DNA from: Nitriliruptorales bacterium | GTDB lineage: Bacteria; Actinomycetota; Nitriliruptoria; Euzebyales; Egibacteraceae | Direction of reading: 5' to 3' | NCBI GenBank assembly: GCA_007119035.1 | Contig: SKQL01000082.1 | Span: forward strand, 2,832 to 66,831 | DNA: 64,000 nt | In this document: in pieces, positions 58,554 to 64,000 of the stretch | Position numbering within the stretch: the first letter of the stretch is position 1 | Layout: every line of letters starts with the position of its first letter | The notes under the pieces: model-generated | The model's input: only the letters and a program-made list of their open reading frames with translations | Database searches by the model: none | What the model was told of the DNA's origin: nothing | Translations under genes and position numbers: made by a program

Positions 58554-59159
58554 ATGGCAAAGCGCGTGTTCCTCGTCGACAACTACGACAGCTTCACCTA
58601 CAACCTGGCCCAGGAGCTCGGCGAGCTCGGCGCCGAGGTGACGGTGACCCGCCACGACGCGTTCACGATCGCCGAGCTCGAGGCGGACCCTCCCGACGGC
58701 ATCGTCATCTCGCCGGGTCCCGGCACGCCTGCAGACGCAGGCCTCTCGAACGAGGTGATCCGCACATTCGCGGGCCGAGTCCCGATCCTGGGTGTCTGCC
58801 TCGGCCATCAGTGCATCGCAGAGGCCTACGGCGGCCGTGTGGTGCGCGCGTCCGAGCTCTTCCACGGCAAGACCTCGAGTGTGGCGCATGACGGCAAAGG
58901 GGTCTTCACCGGGTTGCCGCAGCTATTCGAGGCCACGCGGTACCACTCCCTCGTGGTCTCGCCCGAAGACCTGCCGGCCGAGTTGCTCGTCACCGCGACG
59001 ACGTCGGGCGTCGCGGGCGGAGAGCTCATCATGGGCCTGCGGCACCGGAGCCTCGCCCTGGAGAGCGTGCAGTTCCACCCGGAGTCGATCCTCACGGGCG
59101 TGGGCATGGACCTCCTGGACAACTTTCTGCGGGTGCTGGCTCAGCCGGTAGAGGCCTAA
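58554..59159 (+). CDS. trpG: Anthranilate/aminodeoxychorismate synthase glutamine amidotransferase component II
   Basis: VFLVDNYDSFTYNL, catalytic GVCLGHQ and a HPES C-terminal triad. The start is ATG 58554 or ATG 58545. Confidence 0.9.
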   Translation: MAKRVFLVDNYDSFTYNLAQELGELGAEVTVTRHDAFTIAELEADPPDGIVISPGPGTPADAGLSNEVIRTFAGRVPILGVCLGHQCIAEAYGGRVVRASELFHGKTSSVAHDGKGVFTGLPQLFEATRYHSLVVSPEDLPAELLVTATTSGVAGGELIMGLRHRSLALESVQFHPESILTGVGMDLLDNFLRVLAQPVEA

Positions 59160-59162
59160 CGC

Positions 59163-60146
59163 ATGGAAGGGGTCGCGGTCGTCGGGGCGGGCATCAGTGG
59201 TTTGTTGGCGACCCAACGACTGCGCGCCCGTGGCATCAGCGTGACCCTGCTCGACCAGGCGCCCTCCCCCGGTGGGCGGCTTGCCACACGCGTGATCGAC
59301 GACGCGACCGTGGACCACGGAGCCCAGTTCCTCACCGCACGCGAGGCGCCATTCGTCGAGCTGATGGAGGCGTGGCGCGGCGAAGGGTGCCCGATCCGGG
59401 TGTGGGCCCACGGCTTCGCGCGTGCTGACACGATCGACGACCTGCCTGGTGGTGCGCTCCCCGCCGAGGACGGGCACCCGCGCTACGTCGTCGGCGGGGG
59501 AATGGCGACGCTTGCGGCCCACCTCGCCGCCGAGGTGCCTGCGCGGTGCGGCCATGCGGCCACCCGCGCGGAGCCGGTTGCGGGCGGGTGGCGTGTGCAC
59601 GCGGATACCGTCTCGGGGCCGGTGACCGTCGACGCGGAGGCCCTGCTCCTCACCGCCCCCTTACCGCGGTCAGCGGCCTTGCTGGAGGGCGGGCTCGACG
59701 TGGCGGGGATCGACGGCTACGACCCCTGCGTGGCCTTGCTCGCGCCCCTCGACCGGGCCCCCGCCCTCCCCGAGCCCGGTGGCGTTCAATTTGCGGGGGG
59801 ACCCGTCTCCTGGCTCGCTGACAACGCGGCGAAGGGGATCTCCTCGCAGCCCGCGCTCACCGTGCACGCGAGCGCCGAGGAGAGCGTGCTCCTCGAGGGG
59901 ATGTCCGATGACCACGTGGCCACGAGATTGTGGTCGCTCGTGGAGCCGTGGGTGGCGGGCGCACAGCCGACGACGCGTCTGGTCGAGCGCTGGCCTCACG
60001 CGCAGCCGCGGGGCCTCCACCCGCAACGCTGCCTGCGCACAGAGGTGCGGGGTCGCCCGCTCGTGCTCGCAGGTGACGCGTTCGCGGGCCCACGCGTGGA
60101 GGGAGCGGCCCTGAGCGGGTTGGCTGCGGCGGAGGCTCTGGGGTAG
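59163..60146 (+). CDS. NAD(P)/FAD-dependent oxidoreductase (amine-oxidase/renalase-like)
   Basis: The VAVVGAGISGLLATQRL dinucleotide-binding motif is followed by LLDQAPSPGGR and a C-terminal GDAF..PRVEGA. Confidence 0.65.
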   Translation: MEGVAVVGAGISGLLATQRLRARGISVTLLDQAPSPGGRLATRVIDDATVDHGAQFLTAREAPFVELMEAWRGEGCPIRVWAHGFARADTIDDLPGGALPAEDGHPRYVVGGGMATLAAHLAAEVPARCGHAATRAEPVAGGWRVHADTVSGPVTVDAEALLLTAPLPRSAALLEGGLDVAGIDGYDPCVALLAPLDRAPALPEPGGVQFAGGPVSWLADNAAKGISSQPALTVHASAEESVLLEGMSDDHVATRLWSLVEPWVAGAQPTTRLVERWPHAQPRGLHPQRCLRTEVRGRPLVLAGDAFAGPRVEGAALSGLAAAEALG

Positions 60147-60150
60147 CGGG

Positions 60151-62205
60151 TCAGTCTTCGTTCCCGCGGCCGCGCTCGCCCGATGCTCCCGGACCGTCGT
60201 CGTCTTCGTCGTCGTCGTCGTCTTCGTCGTCGTCGTCTTCGTCGTCGTCTTCGTCGTCGTCTTCGTCGTCATCGGGCTCCGGCTCGGGCTCCGGGCCGTC
60301 TGAGATCACGATCGTGACCGTCGAGTTCCGCTCCACCTCGCCAGGACCCGGATCCTGGTCGCTCACCCGTCCTTCGCTCACCTCGTCGTGGAAGGAGCGC
60401 TCCACTCGGACCTGCACGCAGGGCTGAGGGTCGCACGCCTCCTCGAGTCGTCTGATCGCGGCTTCCTCGTTCTGGTTGCGCACGTCAGGGAGCGTCACCG
60501 TCGATGTGCCCTCGGAGACGGTCAGGGTCACCGTCGACTCCCGTGCGACGTCGGTGTCGGGCGCGGGGTCCTGGGATATGACGTATCCCGCCTCCACCTC
60601 GTCGGACTCGGTGTGCTCCACCTCGACCATCAGGCAGGGGGGAGGCCCGCACAAACCTTCGAGCTCGGATCTCGCCGCGTTCTCCTGCTCACCCTCGACG
60701 TCGGGCAGCGTCACCGTCTCCGGCCCGCTCGACACCACGAGGGAGACCTCGGTGTCGACCTCCGGCACCATCTCCCCGGCCGGCGGCTCGCTGCGGATGA
60801 CGTGCCCCTCCTCGATGTCGTCGTCGGGCTCCCGGGACGTGACGCCGATGCCGAGGTTGCGGTCGATCAGCTCACGGCGCGCGTCCTCCTCCGGCAGGCC
60901 CTCGAGGTCGGGTACCTCGACCATCGGCGCGCCAGCGCCCAGGTGGAGCACCACCTCGCTGCCCTCCTCGACCACGGTCCCCGCCTCGGGGTCGGTCGCT
61001 GCGACCTCACCGGCCTCCACCTCGTCGGTCTCGACCTCGTCGCCGAGGACGGGCTGGAGGTTCTCCTCCCGCAATATCCGTTCCGCCGCCGCCAGCTCCT
61101 CACCGACCACGTCGGGCAGTTCGACCTCGACGACCTGGTCGGAGAGCAGGTTCGCGAGCAAGACGCCCGCGAGGGCGAAGATGCCCAGCAGCACGATGCC
61201 GAGCAGCACGAGCCACAGGCCCCGGTTGCTTCCCTCGTCCTCCACAGGCGGGGTTTCGACGGCCGTCTTCGGGGGGGAGGCGGTCATGACCGCTGTCCGA
61301 TCGCCACCTTCGAGTGCCTGGGTGGCGGAGTAGGCGCCGAGCGCCGCCGCGGCGATGGGCAGCCCGGCGGCGACTCGTTGAAGATCCGCGTTGAGGTCAC
61401 GCGCAGTCGCGTACCGGGCGTCGGGCTCCTTGGCCATCGCCTTCATCACGATGGCGTCGAGGTCGGCCGGGACCGCGGGGTTCACCTCCGACGGCGATGG
61501 AGGCACCTCGGAGACGTGCTGGTACGCGAGCGCGACCGGCGTGTCGGCGGTGAAGGGCGGACGGCCCGCCAACAGCTCGTAGAGGACGCAACCGAGGGCG
61601 TAGATGTCGGTGCGCCGGTCCACCTCGTGGCCCTTGGCCTGCTCTGGGGCGACGTACGCGGCGGTGCCGAACACCGTGGCCGTCTGCGTGACGTTCTCCG
61701 CGTTGACCGCCCTCGCGATGCCGAAGTCGGCGACCTTCACCTGCCCGTCGTCGGACAGGAGGATGTTGCCGGGCTTGATGTCGCGGTGGATGAGGCCGCG
61801 CTCGTGCGCGTAGTGCAAGCCCAGCGCGGCACCGCCGACGATCTCCGTCGCCCGTTCCGGGCCGATCCGCGTGGTCTTGAGGGTGTCGCTGAGGGACTGC
61901 CCCCGCACGTACTCCATGATGATGAAGGGGCGCGAGTTCTCCTCCCCCGCGTCGTACACCGCGACGATGTTGGGATGGGTGAGGCTTGCCACCGCCTGTG
62001 CTTCCCGGCGGAATCGCGCGAGGAAGGCGGGGTCGTCGGCGTAGCGGGCATGGAGGATCTTGGCCGCGACCTCGCGGTCGAGCTGGGCGTCGTATGCGAG
62101 GGCGACGTCGGCCATGCCCCCCTGTCCCAGGGTGCCCCGGAGCTCGTACCGCCCCGCGAGCGTGCGAACCGCCCCCGGGCCTCCAACCGCCTGCGTCTCA
62201 TCCAT
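60151..62205 (-). CDS. pknB: Ser/Thr protein kinase PknB with four PASTA domains and a poly-acidic tail
   Basis: In-frame ATG 62205. Hanks motifs (GQGGMADV, AAKIL, HRDIKPGNIL, DFGIA, APEQ), one TM segment and 4 PASTA repeats (LPDV...). The C-terminus is (PE)4 followed by a run of D/E. Confidence 0.9.
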   Translation of the reverse strand: MDETQAVGGPGAVRTLAGRYELRGTLGQGGMADVALAYDAQLDREVAAKILHARYADDPAFLARFRREAQAVASLTHPNIVAVYDAGEENSRPFIIMEYVRGQSLSDTLKTTRIGPERATEIVGGAALGLHYAHERGLIHRDIKPGNILLSDDGQVKVADFGIARAVNAENVTQTATVFGTAAYVAPEQAKGHEVDRRTDIYALGCVLYELLAGRPPFTADTPVALAYQHVSEVPPSPSEVNPAVPADLDAIVMKAMAKEPDARYATARDLNADLQRVAAGLPIAAAALGAYSATQALEGGDRTAVMTASPPKTAVETPPVEDEGSNRGLWLVLLGIVLLGIFALAGVLLANLLSDQVVEVELPDVVGEELAAAERILREENLQPVLGDEVETDEVEAGEVAATDPEAGTVVEEGSEVVLHLGAGAPMVEVPDLEGLPEEDARRELIDRNLGIGVTSREPDDDIEEGHVIRSEPPAGEMVPEVDTEVSLVVSSGPETVTLPDVEGEQENAARSELEGLCGPPPCLMVEVEHTESDEVEAGYVISQDPAPDTDVARESTVTLTVSEGTSTVTLPDVRNQNEEAAIRRLEEACDPQPCVQVRVERSFHDEVSEGRVSDQDPGPGEVERNSTVTIVISDGPEPEPEPDDDEDDDEDDDEDDDDEDDDDDEDDDGPGASGERGRGNED
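60196..60295. repeat. In-frame GTCGTC/GTCTTC trinucleotide-based repeat plus a GGCTCN repeat encoding poly-D/E and (PE)4 in pknB
   Basis: Directly visible gtcgtcgtcttcgtcgtcgtcgtcgtcttc... followed by gggctccggctcgggctccggg. Confidence 0.9.
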
Positions 62206-62236
62206 CAATGCGTCCCCGGACTCTCCTGAATAGGGG

Positions 62237-63712
62237 CTAGCGATCGCCCAACGCCGCCTCCACGACCTGCCTTGCGATCGGTGCGGCGACACCACCGCCC
62301 GTGGCGTCGTCCCCCGCGTCGGCCACGACCACGGCCACTGCCACCTGCGGGTCCTGCGCGGGTGCGAATCCTGTGAACCATACGGCAGGCGATCTGCCTT
62401 CGCCTGTCTGGGCGGTCCCAGTCTTGCCTGCTACTTCCGTACCGTCCACCTGGGCGGCCGTGCCCGTGCCGCTGTCGACGACCTGCACCATCATGTCGCG
62501 CAGCGCCCGCGCGGTGTCGGGTGACACCGCCTGCGCGCTGCCGTCGATCCGCCACCGCTCCGGGGAGTACTGCTGGACGATGCGCCCAGCGGTGTCCTGG
62601 ACATGGCGGACCAGATGCGGCTCCAGGACCTCTCCGTCGTTGCCGATTGTCGCTGAGATCATCGCCATCTGCAGCGGCGTCATTGCGACGTCGCGCTGCC
62701 CGATCGCTGACTGGGCGGCCCCCGGCTCGTCCAGGTCCTCTCCCGGGAAGCGGCTGGCGGCGACGTCGGGGAGCTGGAAGTCGGGGGCGTGATTGACGCC
62801 GAAGCGCTCCGCCTGCGTAACGAGTCGGTCGCCGCCGAGGTCGAGCCCGATCTGGGCGAATGTGGTGTTGCAGCTGACTTCCATCGCGTCCGCGAGCGAG
62901 ACCTCGTCGCCGTCAGCGCACACGCCACCCCCGAAGTTCCCGATGGATGCGGTCGTGAGCGGCAACTCGAGACGTGCGGGATCCGGGTACGTCGTCTCGG
63001 GACGGACCCCCGACTCGAGCGCCGCGGCGGCAGTGATCAGCTTGAATACCGACCCCGGAGGATACGTCTCCCGGGTCGCGCGGTTGAGCGCGGGGTTGCG
63101 GGGATCCTCGGCGAGCTCCTCCCAGGCGGCTCGGACGGTGTCGCCGTCGTGGGAGGCGAGCGGGTTGGGGTCATAGCTCGGGGAGGAGTAGAGCCCGAGG
63201 ACCGCACCGCTCTGGGGGTCGAGGGCCACCAGCGCGCCGGTATGGCCTTCGAGGGCCGCCTCGGCCGCCGCCTGCACGGCCGGATCGATCGTCAGCTGCA
63301 CGGTGTCCCCCACGCGTTGGCGGCCCGCGAGGAGGTCGGCGATGTTGCGGGCGAACACCTCCGGTGAGCTGCCCGTGAGGAAATCGTTGAACGACTGCTC
63401 GATCTCCGAGCGCCCGTAGATGTAGGAGTAGAAGCCGGTTACATGGGCGTAGCGCGAGCCTTCGGGATAGCTGCGCTGATACCTGAGGCGCCCACCCGTG
63501 TCGTCACTTCGTGCGATGGCCTCGCTGTCCGCGCGCTCGCCGACAACGATCGAGCCGCGGGCGAGCTCGTACTCCGCGATCAGACCACGTGCGTTGCGCG
63601 GGTCCTCCCGCAGCGAATCCGCTTGCCATACCTGGATGATGTTGAGGTTCACGAACAGGGCCCCGAAGAGGACCACGAGCCCGAGCGCCACCCGCCGGAT
63701 GCGGACGTTCAC
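62237..63712 (-). CDS. pbpA: Class B penicillin-binding protein PbpA (PBP2-like transpeptidase)
   Basis: N-terminal TM segment, PBP dimerisation domain, and the SVFK ([10 protein letters not shown]), SCN (EVSCNT) and KTGT (AGKTGTAQ) motifs. Confidence 0.9.
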   Translation of the reverse strand: MNVRIRRVALGLVVLFGALFVNLNIIQVWQADSLREDPRNARGLIAEYELARGSIVVGERADSEAIARSDDTGGRLRYQRSYPEGSRYAHVTGFYSYIYGRSEIEQSFNDFLTGSSPEVFARNIADLLAGRQRVGDTVQLTIDPAVQAAAEAALEGHTGALVALDPQSGAVLGLYSSPSYDPNPLASHDGDTVRAAWEELAEDPRNPALNRATRETYPPGSVFKLITAAAALESGVRPETTYPDPARLELPLTTASIGNFGGGVCADGDEVSLADAMEVSCNTTFAQIGLDLGGDRLVTQAERFGVNHAPDFQLPDVAASRFPGEDLDEPGAAQSAIGQRDVAMTPLQMAMISATIGNDGEVLEPHLVRHVQDTAGRIVQQYSPERWRIDGSAQAVSPDTARALRDMMVQVVDSGTGTAAQVDGTEVAGKTGTAQTGEGRSPAVWFTGFAPAQDPQVAVAVVVADAGDDATGGGVAAPIARQVVEAALGDR

Positions 63713-64000
63713 TCCTCGCCCCTCACCGCGCCGGTCGAGTCCACGTCGGCGAGCTCAGCCGCCTGCCCGTCAGAGTCCGCGACGTAGGGCTCGTCCTCCC
63801 AGCGCGGCTCTCCGGGCGGCGTCCTCCTGCGGCTGCGCGCGGGGGCGGGAGCGCTGATCCGGACCAGGAGGGCGATCAGCACGTAGTTCGCCAGCAGCGA
63901 GGACCCCCCGTAGGACATGAAGGGGAGCGTGATGCCCGTGAGCGGGATGAGCCGCGTCACCCCCCCGATGATGATGAAGACCTGCAGCCCGAAGATCGTG
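63709..64000 (-). CDS. rodA: SEDS-family peptidoglycan polymerase RodA/FtsW (C-terminal part; gene continues past the right edge)
   Basis: The frame is open to position 64000. It contains [34 protein letters not shown], the conserved SEDS C-terminus. 4-nt overlap with pbpA. Confidence 0.85.
   Translation of the reverse strand, partial: TIFGLQVFIIIGGVTRLIPLTGITLPFMSYGGSSLLANYVLIALLVRISAPAPARSRRRTPPGEPRWEDEPYVADSDGQAAELADVDSTGAVRGEE

Overview
This is a high-GC (roughly 70%) actinobacterial chromosome segment that spans the replication origin. Almost every gene belongs to the conserved origin-proximal core, and from memory the order closely parallels Mycobacterium tuberculosis Rv3654c-Rv3924c, Rv0001-Rv0017c and Rv0046c-Rv0050.

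Gene order, left to right:
- A translationally coupled tad/flp pilus operon on the minus strand (cpaB-tadZ-tadA-tadB-tadC-pilin-tadE-tadE).
- A short accessory stretch: excisionase-type HTH, a hypothetical protein, an SDR, a methyltransferase plus type III PKS, and a decayed TetR gene.
- alaX, nadE, GNAT, ponA, DUF5318, padR-ino1, sodX/sodN, malQ, cca.
- An orphan pilT, then nudix-DUF6049-murJ, a TadE-like small protein, a receptor Ser/Thr kinase, and an ECF sigma/anti-sigma pair.
- trxB, a structured spacer, trxA, cwlM, an aminotransferase and ddl.
- parB-parA-rsmG-jag-yidC-yidD-rnpA-rpmH, then dnaA-oriC-dnaN-recF-DUF721-gyrB-(lipoprotein)-gyrA-DUF3566.
- tRNA-Ile, a micro-ORF, tRNA-Ala, an HPF-like gene, crgA, DUF881, a sortase, an AMP-binding-like gene, trpG, an FAD oxidoreductase, and pknB-pbpA-rodA.

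I found no rRNA, CRISPR array, transposase or integrase. I also see no convincing novel multi-gene system; the window is mostly housekeeping.

The points most worth a second look:
1. A promoter-to-terminator structured RNA candidate with two C6 runs (6C-like) splits trxB from trxA, and each trx gene has its own GGAAT-N18-GTT promoter.
2. The mycobacterial MviN fusion appears here as separate genes, with a catalytically intact kinase.
3. An orphan PilT ATPase sits about 17 kb from a Tad locus.
4. jag and rsmG are in the same frame, separated by one TAG, and the conserved RsmG N-terminus has no canonical start codon.
5. A coupled methyltransferase plus type III PKS lies beside a frameshifted TetR relic.
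6. A GerMN lipoprotein gene is wedged between gyrB and gyrA.
7. Several proteins look degenerate (TadZ, CwlM, the AMP-binding protein).
8. PBP1A and PknB carry unusual Cys-pair, (PE)n and poly-acidic exported tails.

All functional calls come from my reading of the translated ORFs and my recall of family motifs. No database search was run.
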